This document shows positions 1-13,900 of a stretch of 64,000 bases of DNA, in pieces. This DNA comes from Lama glama (Eukaryota): positions 70,062,001 to 70,126,000 of the forward strand of contig CM052817.1 of the NCBI GenBank assembly GCA_028534125.1. The letters run 5' to 3'. Under the pieces are notes generated by a model. The model saw only the letters and a list, made by a program, of their open reading frames with translations, was not told the DNA's origin and did no database searches. Every line of letters begins with the position of its first letter. Within the stretch, counting starts at the first letter, position 1. Position numbers and translations under genes: made by a program.

Positions 1-1514
1 ATCATAATAGTGCGAACACTGATCATATTTTTTACCCCTCCCAAACCAACAAAACTACCCATAACCTCCAATTCTTAAGATTTAAGTTCTTAGATGAACA
101 TGAGACAACTTTATTGGAATGGGGTAATTTTTTGTTGTTTGTTTCAGGAAATGGTCCTATTCCAGAGTCCAGTGCTCTTAATTATGTTCTGGAATTCTCT
201 CATTTTCTACCAAGAACTTAAAGCTCCAATTATAAGTTTCTTAAATTGTAATAAGTTTTATACACAAATGTATAAAAAAAAAGTTCTAGATTTTTGACAA
301 TAATGAAAAACAGATATGATAGATACTTTTAGTAAGTGTTTAGAAGTTTTTTAAGTTACTTATGTCAACCTTCCCAATAAAATTTTTCATCTAATTAGGT
401 CCTCAACTGATTAGTTTGAATTTGACCTTCCTGTGCCTTTTGATATGTACAAAAAAGTGTGATAGGGATGAAAGAAAGGTGGGTAAAAGGATCAGAGTTA
501 GGTTAAGTCATAAATAGAATAATTAATCAAGACTGTAATAGTTTCTCAATATACTCATTTTTTATCCTTCTTAAAAAACGAGATGAAAACTGCCATTCAC
601 TTACTGATTTATCATTCACTGACTTGTGTTTATGTGGCTCAGTTTTAGGGACTAATCATACAAGGGTGGTCTCTGTCCTGAGGAATATGTGCACAGTCTA
701 ATGAGAGGGATGAGATGTAAATTAGTAACTTTCCATACAATGTGGAAGATATTATAAGTGAGGCATGAATTAAAAAAAAATTCTACAGGTGTATTAAGGC
801 CAACTAGGGCTTAAGAAGATCTTAGGAGACGTGACATGTAAGCAGGGTCAGTGGCCAAGCAGGAGTTTTCCACGTAGGGGAGCATTTTGGCGGAAAGAAG
901 AGCACACTGAAACCTGGGAGAGGCTCGTGACTGCACCTGTAACTTCCCACCTGACAAAGCAATTCTTTGAATTATCCTTCAGAAGGGCTCCTTATGTTAC
1001 CTCAAAGTCCTCCACGTTAGGGGGACTGATAAGGAATGAAAGACATCTAAAAATTGCTACTTCATCTATAAAGTTGTGTTCCTAAGGAAATGCTGAGCAC
1101 GTGAAGACTCTATATAAATCACTGTAGCTGAATCTCATGTGAACATCCAGAGAGAAAGGCTGAAGAGAGCTGGAGGGAATGGAGGTAGAAAGAAGCAAGC
1201 CAAAGGTTCACTGACGGTAAGAAGTTATTTACAGTTACCCTTGTGTTGTAAATTTCAGGTTTTCCCTTTTTCTCCATGGATTTGAAAACCACCCATCAAA
1301 CTACCTCAGGGACTATAGGCAGCGTCTGGAACTGATCTTACAGCACATCCCACTCAACTGAACGTGTACTGTAGCTGCTTCTCACTTATTGAAGCAGAAA
1401 ATGTATTGCAGCACTCTTGCCACTGTCAGGAATCAGAGATTTTAGAAAAGTAAATACATAGTGGGGAAAAAGGAGGTCACAGAGAACTTACGGATGTATG
1501 GAGAACAACTTGTA

Positions 1515-1622
1515 CCAACAAGGATTTACTGTGTAGCACAGGGAATTACCCAGTATCTTATAATCACCTATAATGGAATATAATCTGCAAAAAAACAAAA
1601 AACAAAAAACAAAAAAAAACAA
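1515..1622 (+). mobile_element. L1 3'-end fragment with A-rich tail
   Basis: aacaaggatttactgtgtagcacagggaatt...atcacctataatggaatataatctgc followed by A-rich (CAAAAA)n tail; laurasiatherian L1 3'UTR pattern. Confidence 0.7.
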
Positions 1623-2356
1623 CCCCAAAAGACCAACTGAAGGCTGAACTGTGGGAAATAGGGATTTAAAGTTTTAAGTGTCTGGGACCAGGCAACGAGA
1701 ATGAGGTCAAGGATCAGTTGTCTGTCCTTGTGTCCTTTTTTCTGGGGCTTTTGACCATGGCCCTGAATCTTCTCTGTAGGGTCTAGTGCTGGACATTTCA
1801 ATCCCATAAACCCTATTTCTTTATCTTTCTAGCCACTGGAGGTTTGCTAATGCAACATATGTAGAGTAAGTTTTCACAATATATGATTGCTGGGGAAAAA
1901 CGGCAAATGAATTATGTACAGTTCTCAGGAAGAAACAGTACTCTCAAAAAGAAATGTACATGCAAATCCTAGTACAAAAATGACAGTGGTCATCCACTGT
2001 GGAGTTCCCGTGAGAGGACCTTTTACTAATGGAGGGAATCCAGCAGTCAGGACCTTCACAAGGACCTTCAGTCTTACCCTCCAAAGACAAGTTAGGGGTT
2101 CAAGAAAAAAAAAAAACATGAATAAAACTAGAACAAGAGCTCCTAAATGTCAATGTTTATAATATAAGCAAAATTATTTAGTTACCATTAAAAAATGTTG
2201 TATCCATAAAAGCTTGAGAAGAAATCAGTCACTGGTAGAAAAGCAAGGCAGGATTAAAATTTCAAGAAAAAAAGAGAACTTTTTTTAAAGGATAAATTGA
2301 TGACTGAAAGTAAAGAGTCAGAACTTTTTTTTCTGCCCTTTAGAAAGACACTGCTT

Positions 2357-2610
2357 ATTTTTTAAGTTGAAATACAGCTGATTTACAACACTGTGTTAGT
2401 TTCAGATGTACAGCATAATGACTCAGTTTTTTTTGCAGATTATATCCCATTATAGGTGATTATAAGATATTGGGTATAATTCCCTGTGCTACACAGTAAA
2501 TCCCTGGCGGTTATCTATTTTACGTACAGTCGTCTGTATCTGTTAATCCCATACTTCTAATTCATCGCCCCCTCCTGCCTCTCCCTTATGGTAACCATAA
2601 ATTTGTTTTT
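2357..2610 (-). mobile_element. L1 3'-end fragment
   Basis: Reverse-oriented L1 3'UTR (gttgaaatacagctgatttacaacactgtgttagtttcagatgtacagcat...ggtaaccataaatttg); same subfamily as 1515-1622. Confidence 0.75.
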
Positions 2611-5239
2611 AAGAGCCTAACTTATTTTAAAGTTGTCTTTAAAATGTTCTTTTCTAAACTGTGAAATACGTTCATTTTAACTAGACAATAAATATACAGT
2701 TAAGATACAGCACCCATTCTTTTTGAAAGGATATATATTATCTAAACAGGTGAGATTTTTTTAAATGTCAAAAATACATATGTACACGGGCAAAGACTGA
2801 AAAATAGAAAAGATCATAAATAATGAAAAGAGTTATTTATTATAGGGTGGTAGGCTGTGTATGAACTAGCTCATTTTATTTCCTTTGTTGTTGCTTTAAT
2901 AATATAAAAATAAGAGGAAAAGAACCCGTAAAAATGCCTATCATAAATGGTTGTTTGTAGCAATCAAATAAACATTATCACAGATAAAAATAAATGAGCA
3001 CTTCCCACACTATTAAATCATAGGCACCATTTTTACTTTACTTCAGAAAATAAAGCCAGGTGAAACCCCAAAAGTGTCCACTGGACACTATCCTTCACCC
3101 CTCCCTCTGCTGCACTCCTAAAGCTGAATCAGGACATCTCTTCTGTTTCTGTTCTTTCTTCCATTCCTGACATTACCAAACCTGCTGCTCCCAAGGAAAG
3201 AAGAAAAAGAAATACAGAAAACCAAGTTTCCCTGAACACCATGCAGTCTTCACAGTCTTTCTGATAACATGGAACTCTGGTCAGTTCCAACCAGCTCACT
3301 AGAAAGAGACAGAAAAACACAAACCCTTTCCACTCCCAAGAACCAGTGGTGAATTAGAATGCTCTCTTTGCCTCTAGTGTTATAAGAGCACTAGAATTCC
3401 AGAGAAAATTATAACTTTAGGAGGAAAAATATCTCTGAATCATAGCTTCTTGAAGATTCAGAGTCACATTTTTTTTTAGAGGGGTAAGAAAAAGATTAGA
3501 AGCTCAAACCATGTAGAGATTACATGAATTTTGAATGCTTTGTTCTCAAAAACATGGTCATACATGAATAATGGAGAGACAGAAGGAGACAGAACAATCC
3601 AAGTAAAACAACACTTTTCTGGATTCTGAGAAAATTCCAGATATAGAACAAAAATACTGCTCTGGGTATTCCACTTAACAGACAAACAACAAAGCTATCT
3701 TCTCATTCTTTGTAAGTCTATCCAACAACAAACTGTTCCCAATTAATTCAGGTCATATCTTGGCACTTGAACTGTTTAATAAAGCTAGAAATGTATTAAA
3801 TTTACCTTATGTTAGGACAAGCTAGCTGCAAATCCTAGGCACAAACACATGGTATCAATATTGGACACTCACTTGGGTGTAACCCTAGGAATCACATGGT
3901 GTATTCTTTGAACAATTTTCTCAGCCTGTCTGAAGTACCAATAATAAATGGTACCAATTTAGGAAAGAAACATTGTCCTCATAAACCATCTTACAGGTAG
4001 CATTGCTATTTACAGAGTGAAGAGTCACTGAGGTAGTCAATAGAGATCCCGTTTTCATTTCTTTTTTTCCATAACCTCATCAGTCCCAATGATCACTTAC
4101 AGAAAAACAGTACTTTGTTCATCTCCTTTTGAGTTTAGGAATGAGTTAAAATAGTCCTTAAAATCTCTCCCTTCATAACAAGGACTTTTAGAGTAGCAGC
4201 TGGAATTGAGGTTAAAAAAAAGGAGGCAGGACAGACTGTAACACAGGTGACCAGAACCAATTACTAAGACTGCTTATAAGATTCTCTTTAAAAATGAAGC
4301 CATTAAGAGCTTGACAGATAACTGTCTATCCAGATAATGTTGAGATCCTTAAAGGCATAAGGATGCTCTCTTATGTTGACAGTCCTATGATGCTGTGTTA
4401 TCAGCCTATGATTATATTGTTAACTGTTTACAGTTCATCAAAAGGCTTTCCAGTTAATTAGCTATGAAGTGAAAATAACATGTTTCCTTTCTCGCCTCCC
4501 CAGTTGCTTCCTGGAGTTTAGGTTCATCCTTAACCAATGAAGAAAGAAAATAAATAAGGAACACATGTTTTTTTTGTTTGTTTTGGGTTTTTTTTGTTTG
4601 TTTGTTTTAAACAACATCAAACTATTAACTATGGTGATGGTTGCTATATAGAAATAGTTTTTCCTAACTTAACCCACTCCAAAGTACCTAGGCAAAATCA
4701 CACCTACAAAATCATGCAAGAGGACATCACAAAAACATACTTCCATCTATCATCAGACAAAATTTTGGTCAAAAGAAAGACATTTGGAAACACCATGAAC
4801 CCTTAGGCAACAGTATTAAAGTCAGTTTCCACAAACTGCCTAAGCAGGGAAGGTTCTGGAAGACCCATCTGTGAGCCTTTGCTTTGGGTAGATGCTGACA
4901 CAAGCCAGTAAGCACATGCTGCTTGTCACCAGTGTGGCTTCCATGAGGCATGGACTCTTGGGAGAGAGTAAAATAAAAATGTAGTTTCTGACAGGCTAAA
5001 AATCAGACAAAATCCTGCCGTTGGGTAGCTTATCATATAGTGTAAAGTACATCCTATAATAAAAAGCTTAAAATATAAAAAAGTCCCCAGTAAAAAATTT
5101 AGTAGTGTGTTGTCTAGGGTATGATGATAAAACAATGGGACTTTTTTTTTAAGCAAACCACACAGGAAATCAAAGTTATTTCTTTCTAGTTCAGCAAGTG
5201 CACTGACACGATGTTAGCATTTAGGTCAACCTGGAGGGA

Positions 5240-5430
5240 GATTTCAAATGCAAATTTGAAGTTTTTATTGATGACTTGGATGAAGATTTAATTAGGCAAT
5301 AGAGGTGAGAGATTCAGGAATCCAAAACATTACAGGACTAGACGATATGCCTATTCGACCAAGATGAAATTTAACAAGGATAAAAAAAAGGTACAGCACT
5401 TGGGTCCAAAAAGCACTGATATCACATCCA
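5240..5430 (+). mobile_element. CR1/L3 LINE RT remnant
   Basis: tttattgatgacttggatga (FIDDLDE) and MKFNKDKKKVQHLGPK (CR1 MKFNK.KCKVLHLG-like). Confidence 0.6.
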
Positions 5431-5788
5431 AAGTATGTGAAAAATGTAACCCAGTAGTCTGGCTGATATATTGTCTTAGCCCTCCCTTGTCGATCACTGG
5501 CATTCTAGAGACAACTGAGTTCTCCAGTGGGGAGGTAACTGTTCCTTCTCCTGAGCCAGGAATACTATCCCATTCTGTACCCCCAAAGTCTTACCCATCT
5601 TAAGGCACACTCTTCCCAATAAGCCTTTCTCATTATCCCAATCAGAATTCCTTTACTCCTCCCCTACTCTTCTTCCGAATTTTGAGTTTCATTTATAGCC
5701 TTTTCAAAATACTACCTGGACTGCAGGCCCCATGGGGTCCCTGCAGGTGTTTTCTTCATGGAAAGTACTCAGTAATCTTGGTGAATTA

Positions 5789-5950
5789 GCATGCATCAGA
5801 ATCACCTGAAAGGCTTAATAAAACAGGTTTCGGGACCTCACCTCACAGGTTCTGGGTAGATCTGGGATAGAAATAGAAATTTGCATTTCTAAGACATTTC
5901 CAGGTGATGCTGATGCTGCTGATCCCCAGACCAAACTCTGAGAACCCCTG
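5789..5950. mobile_element. MER5A-like hAT-Charlie element
   Basis: catcagaatcacctg...aatttgcatttctaa...ccaggtgatgctgatgctgctg...tgagaaccc signature. Confidence 0.75.
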
Positions 5951-6339
5951 AGTCAGATCAACCTCATGAAACCAAAGTTTATCATACAACCTTTATTTAG
6001 AATTCAAACTTTACAATGACTATAGCATTCTATGTAATCATGAGACATAAGTAATAAATGTAAAGCAATTAAGGGCTTCTCCATCTTTAGGTGTCCACAC
6101 TCTGGCATGTAGGATTGGAAGAGACTTCATAGACTCAGTTTCCTACTCTATAAACTCTCTTGACAACATCTATAAGAGATGGTTTCATAGTACCTCCTCA
6201 CCCCCACCACGAATGATCTCAGTGTTGGAGATGTCATCATGTTGGAAAATAATCCCACTTTATTGTCAAGTATGTGAGAAAATCTTTCCTAAAATAGACT
6301 GGTATTCGTCTTGCTATGATTTCTGTTCACCCATTGGTA

Positions 6340-6666
6340 CAGGCCCACAATCACTTATCTAAATCCCAAGGGTTTTAGATAACCCTTGGGACCATATGTT
6401 TTATAACTTAATTTTTCAGATTATAGAAAAGCAACATGGCACACATACTGTGTGTTATGTATTGCCCTCAGTGGGGTCCAGGACAGTACTCTGTAATCAA
6501 ACATATTTTTGCAGTGAGGCATATGAATATTTACACTTAGTGTAATAAAGCTTATAAATAACTTCACATTAATTAGGGTCAGATTTTGCCACCAAATTTA
6601 TTTTAAAAAATACAATTTTCAGGTATTCTTCAATTTCAAATTTATAAATAAAGGACTGTGGACCTG
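6340..6666. mobile_element. TcMar-Tigger non-autonomous DNA transposon (MER46C-like)
   Basis: Terminal inverted repeats CAGGCCCACAATC / GACTGTGGACCTG, each flanked by a TA target duplication; 327 bp. Confidence 0.8.
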
Positions 6667-7069
6667 TATAATTTCGTCCTTTGCAATTACACAAGGTAAG
6701 TCTACTCCTTCCACACCAGCAGTCCTTAACTGTCTGAAGATAGCTATCACACACCTCCCTTTTACCCACGATGCCTCCTCCTGCATGCCATCATTCTAAA
6801 TTATCGAATGATAAATTAATCCAGTGCAGAAAGAGGACTAGGTAAAAGGTCAACTACTCATCCAAAGCAAACTTATTTCTTTATCTAAAGTTCAAACGTG
6901 CAGTAATGTAGGGCACAGGAGGAGCAGTCAAAGGAATTGGCACTTAATCCTAGAAAAGAGAAGCCTTGTAAAGCCAACAGGCGAGACAGTGATTCAGTTA
7001 ACACAAGACCAGGGATGAAGCATTAAACTTTATCTCTGTGATTCCAAAGCACAGGAAAAAAGGGATCTA

Positions 7070-7265
7070 ATCTTTGTTGACCACTACTATGTGCCAGGCA
7101 CTGTGTTAGATGATTTACGTACATGACCTCCAATCCTTACAACTGCTCTATGAAGCAGGAGGTATCATCATTTTATATATGAGGATATTAACATCTTGAG
7201 AAGTTATCATTCAAGGTCGCACTGCAAGCCAAAGGTAAAACCAGGATTCTTATCTGATTCCAAAG
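7070..7265 (-). mobile_element. MIR SINE
   Basis: tactatgtgccaggcactgtgttag ... catttta...tgagg core in antisense. Confidence 0.65.
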
Positions 7266-7299
7266 TCTCAACAAGACTTCTAAAATACCCAAAGGGTAC

Positions 7300-7900
7300 T
7301 GATGAATGGCTCAGTAAGTCTGTTCTTAGCCCTGCCTCTATGTACATCTTCATCAATGACTTTAAAGAGGATGAAGATGCCTGCCTTTCAAATTCCAAAA
7401 GGACAAGAAAATGGGAAGAATAAAAAACACTATTATTGGATCCAAAATGACCAAAAGTGGCTAAAAATGACTAAGTGACATTGAGAAGGGGGATTTAATA
7501 TGGATTAATACAAAACTTTACAAGTTGATGGGTCCGTACACCAACATGTTGGAGGAAGACAGAAGTTTTAATTGCCCCAAATTAACTTTAAGCCTAGGTG
7601 TCAAGAAGTGATTAAGACTCTAAAACCTGTGGTTACATTAACAGAACTAGAATGAGGGACACCACAGACCAGCCCAGTGCTGCAGTGGTTAGACTCAATC
7701 TGAAGCACTGAGGAGTTCAAACCTCAAGCCTTTATTGAACCAAAACAAAGCATGAAATGAGGAGGGGAACCAGAACAGCAAAAGTTCTGAGAGTACAGAC
7801 TTGGAAGAACTAAGGATGTTTACCCTGGAAAAAGAGTGAGAGGAAGGTAAATGACAGTAGTCTCAACACCATGTGAAGGAGTGATTCCATTTACTCTCAG
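7300..7900 (+). mobile_element. CR1/L3 LINE RT remnant
   Basis: Translates SVLSPASMYIFINDFKEDEDACLS, matching the CR1 RT motif SVLGPVLFNIFINDL; bounds approximate. Confidence 0.6.
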
Positions 7901-10769
7901 TGATGGCCCTAAAACGCAGGTGCCTCTCCCAGCAGGGGTGGAAGATGGTGGGAGAGTGAGAGGGGAAGGGGTGACTCTTGCAGAGGGCTGGGCTCACCTG
8001 GGAGAGGCACAATGCTGTGTCTACCAGCCAGAATGTTAGGTCAGCCTACCCCTAAGGCCCTCCCCATCAGCAGCGTCTGTGTTACAGGCATTAAGCAGGG
8101 GCCTTAGGCAGCAAAGCCCCGGCTTTGTCTGTAGAGAACCTCTAACAGTGGGAATTGGGAGCCAGTAGGCCGGCTGAGTGGCACTTCAATGGACTGCCAG
8201 CAGCGGAGAGATTTTTAGGCAAGCAGAGACTTGTAGGCCTCCCCAAGCCCTACAGTGCAGGTAATTATCCACTCCGCATCCTTCAGGGGCTAACCCCACT
8301 CGAAGCCTGGAATTCCTTCTACCCTCCTCCCACTCACCCCATGGGCTGGCTCCCAGGAATCTCTTCTTTTTGGCTTCATCACTCCCCTCCACCCCCACCC
8401 AAAGGTACATCAAAACAGTATGGGATTAAGCACATCCTTTTAAAATTCCTTAGGTTGACTTCTTCCTTACCCGTTCATACAGAAAGTAAATCACAAAATT
8501 ATCAAACAGGCCAATAGAACAAAACCGGGTCTCATTTTACTTGGAAGCAGGGCAACCACTCATAGGAAGCTGATGACATGGGGTAAAAAGACTTAAGTCC
8601 TTCAAAGGCTAAAATTCAGGTAGAAAAACAAAACAAAACAAAACATGGTGGGCAAGAGAAAAAAAAATTCTGAACTTAAATGCAAAATAATTTCCAGAAG
8701 ATACTAAAACCTTTAAAATTATAAAGCATAGTTCATCTTTTCTAAGGTGCACAAGCAAACACTATGAGTTCTATGAAGAACTCTTACCTTTAAAATTTCC
8801 ATGTGGTGTTGGTTTAGCATTTTATAAAATTTTTATCTTTCTATCATTTCTGCTTTGTCCTTCTACGATACATATTCCCCCAAACCTTCAATACTTGAGT
8901 TGCCCTGACTATTCAATGACCAAGCATTCTAAAATCGAAGCATTAATCTTTGTAGAAATATGTGTGTGTGCTAAATTGCCAGTTCAAATACTTCTAATGA
9001 AATAATATACATCTCCTTAATTTCCTTTTTAAAAAAAAACTTTAGATGCTTATGCTGCATAATAACATTCTGAGTTTGGAAAACTCATTCAAATCTCAAA
9101 AGCTCAGCAATACATAGGATCAAATCCCAGAAGTTTGCCTTTTAGGAGTTTTGTAACTGCAGAGCTAGAGGCAAGATTTACATGTATTATAAAATATGGT
9201 ATTTGATTCTTGGTGTGCCTGAAGAGTCCAATTAAATCCTTTAGGCTCATGTGCCCTCCAATAAGACTTGTACTTTTCTTTCAAAAGCATAAATGTTTTT
9301 GATTGTTTACCCTGCTATGCTTGTAAGATTCTAAAAGAATGTTCTAACTCCAAATAGCCAAGAGTACAAAATGGGAGATACCTGCCAATAATTTTTATGA
9401 AGTTACTAAATAGGTATGTAGTCAATGAAAATTAAAGAGCTACAATTAAGAGCTCTGAGTATTCCTTTAAAATTCTGAGAAGCTGATCAAAACATCATTT
9501 TGTACACCTTTAATATTTACAATTTTTATTTATCAATTATACCTCAAATAAGTTTGAAAAAAATCTGAGAGGCTGTCTGGGCCTTTCTGCTCAGGATAAA
9601 GCTATTTACTCAGACTAAGATTCTTCTGGCTTGTCAAAAATTCAGAGGTTTTATTTTAAATATTTTTAAATTGACTTTAATTAACTTTAATTAAGATATA
9701 CTTTGGTGCCTCCTCCTAAATAATTACTCTTCAAACTGTACAAAATTTTGAAGTTAAAAGGAACAAAATTGTTAAATAAGTTATCTTCAACATTTGTTTA
9801 TAAAAACAAAACAAATCACCAAAGCTGGAGATGTCTTATTAAAACATAAGGTCCAAGTAATATTTTAAATATCATAAAGATATCTTCACACTGTGATTTA
9901 GACTTTCAACTTCGGAGCAGAGAAAGGTAAAGTGGCACTGATGACTTGCTGGTGTGATGGTTAAGAGGCCGTGCATGCTGGTGGGCAGGAGGAGCATGTG
10001 AATGTAGGAAGGACAGATGTGAGTTACTGTGTTGCCCAGAGTCTGCTTTTATTCCAGAGGATTTATAATAATCCAGTAATCTGAATCTTGTTTGTCTCAT
10101 CCACCATATCCTGAATATCATAAATTCTAGGTCCTTAACCCATTTCTTATTCGTAACTCAAAATATTTGACTGTCGCTCTCCTTTTTACCATTCCACGTG
10201 CTAGTGAATTACATGTGCACAGACTATAATAAAGACTTACTATTGTCCTATGGAATATATCCAACTAACAAGTAAAATATGCTAAAATATAACATGTATG
10301 TAATTAAAATTCTTTTTCCTTTGAGAGAGAGAAGCTGTTTCCTTTAGCATATTAAAAGGGGTACAAAGAACATGAATTATGGTTTTGTTTCCCTCAATTC
10401 CAAATTAGAAAATCTAAGAGTTAAACAAATTATTAACCATATATTTTCTCCCATGATGATGCAGCCATTAGGATCACTGCAATAAATGCCTCTATTATTG
10501 CATCTTTAATAGAAATTCAGGCTTAGATGAGACATGCTGGACCTAATGTTTCCCTCCACAGTCTGGGCTCTACTCTGGGAATGGGTCATGAAGAAACTCA
10601 AATATTAAATACACATAAATAGATCTCATAAATTAGTAACAGAATGCAAATATCGTTTCAATTGAGGGCAGAACAGATGTATTCTTTTCTAACAAGAACA
10701 TCTAACATTAACACCTAAATGTCACCTATGCTTTGCATTTGCATTACCTTTACACAGAGTTCCCACATT

Positions 10770-10910
10770 GTTACTGCTATTACTCCCATTATACAGATAA
10801 GGAAATGAAGGATTAAAATACATAAGTAATTTGCTTAAGGTCCCATAGCCATTAAGTGGTGGAGCTGATTCAAGTATAGACAATCTGATTCATCAGCTTT
10901 TAACACTGCA
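10770..10910 (-). mobile_element. MIR SINE
   Basis: cccattatacagataaggaaatgaagg...taagtaatttgcttaaggtcccatagc core. Confidence 0.65.
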
Positions 10911-13900
10911 TTATATGTACATGTATATATGTATATACACACTCACAGGTGAATACACCCCAAAATTTATCTGGCATATATACATTTCTGCAGAAAAGGG
11001 GCTTAGGGACAGCAATCTAGTTGGAAGAAGGGATTAGAGATTCTGTCTTGAAAAATGTTTTTACTTAGCACAGGTGTTTATTTGGGGTGGTTAAGGATAA
11101 TGCTGGAGATTACGGAGGCCAGCTCACCCTCATCCCCCTGTCCCCCAACCCCTTGGAGCTGCTACTGCCTGTGTGGGAGTAAAAGATCTGAGCTCAGAGT
11201 TCAGAGCTGTGATGTCAGGAATTCAAAGGTTCTTCCGCCTGGGCCAGGACAGAGCTAGCTAGGGTGTGGTAACTCTGCTGCATATATACCCTGCCCCATT
11301 TTCCTCCTGCCTTCTTTCCTTCCTTGCATGTGAACATGAAGGCACTTATAATAACATCCGCTAAGTAGCCTGGAAGGATGACAAGATAGGATTAAGGATA
11401 GGAAATGGAAGGGAGAACTGGAGTAGAAATGCAAGCTGAACCCTGCCTGAAGGAGAGTCAGAGGACAAAGGCCTAAACACAGCCTGCAGTTCTCGGCCAC
11501 AGCTTAATTACAAGAGACTAGACAGAATCTTCACCCCACTTCTTCTCTCAGGGCCGACAGCACATTCTTGTAAGCTTCAGTGTTTATAATAAAGTGCATT
11601 CATTAATACTTAAAAAAATGTAACCCTCAGATGTGTGGAAACGGCTCTGCCATTTTCTGCTCATTAACTCTATACTAAGAAATAAAAGTTGCAACCCACA
11701 GTGTGTAGTTGTTTTCCATTTATTTAATTTTCAAAACAGTGAGTCATCTGAACTATGCAAATGAAAGCTATGATGATTTTACTCAAATGATAAACTACAG
11801 TTTATATATAGAACACGTTTCTTTACATAGCAAGGCATCCAGTTCTATAACGTCGGCTATCTTTTTCTCCCTTAAAATCTGAAGACTGATTACCCGGCAA
11901 GAGGCAGCCCGGGCTCCACCGTGGTTAAGGAGATGCATGTGGGCCTGGCTCCTCAGACAGAAGCTCAGGGACACCACCCTATCAGTGAGGAAAACAGGGA
12001 AGCCAAGGGAAGGGTAAGAATGAGATCTGTGCTGCCATTGTATGCAATACCTTCAGGGAAGCTAATGAAGGAACTGTATCTTGGATAATTTCAGAAATGT
12101 TTACAGCTATAAAATTAGTGAGCAAATAGGTCACTATTCTATGAGAATATCTAAAAATATAAGCCTTTTTAAACTCTCATTTGAATTCATAATTATACAT
12201 ACTGGCTCATATATCAAAATGCTGGCCAAAATGCTTCAGATAGATTGTTAAAGTTAATCTCCAAAAATATCTGACACTAGCCACAAGAATCAGAGGAAAA
12301 ACACAGATTTTTTTTTTTAACCTCAAAAAGAATTCATGGGGGCTTTCCAGTTCTCCTTAGTAATTTGGCCTGAAAAAAGAACACACACTATAGAGATTTG
12401 CCCCTTACTTTTCATGTAAATCTACAGCTTTCAATAAACATTAAAAAAAAAAACTCTCCTCAATTTATATTCAAAATATCAAGGGATTATTGAAACCCCT
12501 AATTTGCTGTTGAAGTCTGTGGCAAGTTTTATACCTTGAGTGAAATGCACTCTAATTCCTATGTGGTTATATTTAAAAGGGAGGAGGGGGTGGGAAAGCA
12601 ACTTTATTAAAGCCAATGCTCCAGGCAGCCCTGGAGCAGACTGGATCCAGTTTGAAAAGAACTGGCAACCCTAAAACTTTTTGATAAGATAAAAATTCAT
12701 TGATGTTGGCTCACACGAGGCCCACTTCAACTCTGCACTTGTCCTCCGAGTTTCCTTGGCGTATCTGCTCCTTTCCTCTATCTGCTTTAGCATAACTTTA
12801 TTTTTCTCTTTTATCTTTCGATAACTGCACCCAGGGACCGGAGGGGATTGATTTTTTGTTTTGACTTATTGTTTGAAGATCTGTAACTCAAAGCAGCTCT
12901 CACGCCTCTGATGTCTAAGCTGGAGCGGCATAAAAGGTAAACCCGGGCCTTGGTAGCAAACTGAACAGCAGCAATACCATTTTATAATCAGCCATCTAGG
13001 TTTTCATCTTATTTTGCCTTTTCCCCCCTTTAGCTGGCCTAGCTGGCAAAATGTGAGGTTACTCCTACGCCTTTGCTAGGTGACAAGAGCAAGTTAAAAT
13101 AAAAATAAATGCCTCGACAGCTTTGCGTGCCAGGTCTCTGAGATGAAATATACTTCTACTTACAGCAAAAAGTTATTTCCTACCTAGAAAAAAGGCTTTT
13201 ATTCACAATGAAAGGAAACTTCAACGCATTTCAGAAGGTTGCTTTAGAAAAATAACATTTGAAAACAAGGGAAGATAGAACAGACAAAATCATCTTCCCA
13301 AAGTGCTTAAATTAAGATGAGAAAACATAATGCTTTTTTGAGGTAGATTAACAAATTTAAAATAAAAATGTTACTCTTGAATGAGCAAATGTTTAAAGAT
13401 AGACTCACATATATGAGGTTAGAAACTTAGTTGTGTTTTCAGAGTATCAGCAAATGTAATAACCCCAGGTTCACTTTCTTTTGCTCTTCTAGTCTAATTC
13501 TCAAATCACTAGGATGATTTTTGCCTTAATTCAGCTAGTATCACATTCACATGCTGGTATATATACATACAAATACCCACAAGAGTTTTTGAGGGTCTGT
13601 TCCCCGAAGTTGTTCGGCTTGCTGAAATATGGTTACATATGCAAACATTATCTCCCAATTGTAACCTCATTTTCTGCTCTGCTGGACAGCGTGACCAGCA
13701 TTTGTCACCGTGCCGCCCCCACCCGCCGCATCATTCATATGTCTATAATTGTCATCGAGATGTGGCATGTCAGCAGGACTCCAGTGTTCTCTGCTCCCTG
13801 TCTCCACACAGTCACTCAGGTAACAAACCCGTAATCTCGTCCTGTTTTCATGATGGTTGAATTACACATAATTGTTTCTGCACAGTGATTGATTTCTGCC

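Noticed and set aside
12595..12615. GCACTTTATT resembling the start of LEF1 exon 4 on the minus strand
   Set aside because: Match is only ~10 nt, with no acceptor and no continuing LEF1 peptide.
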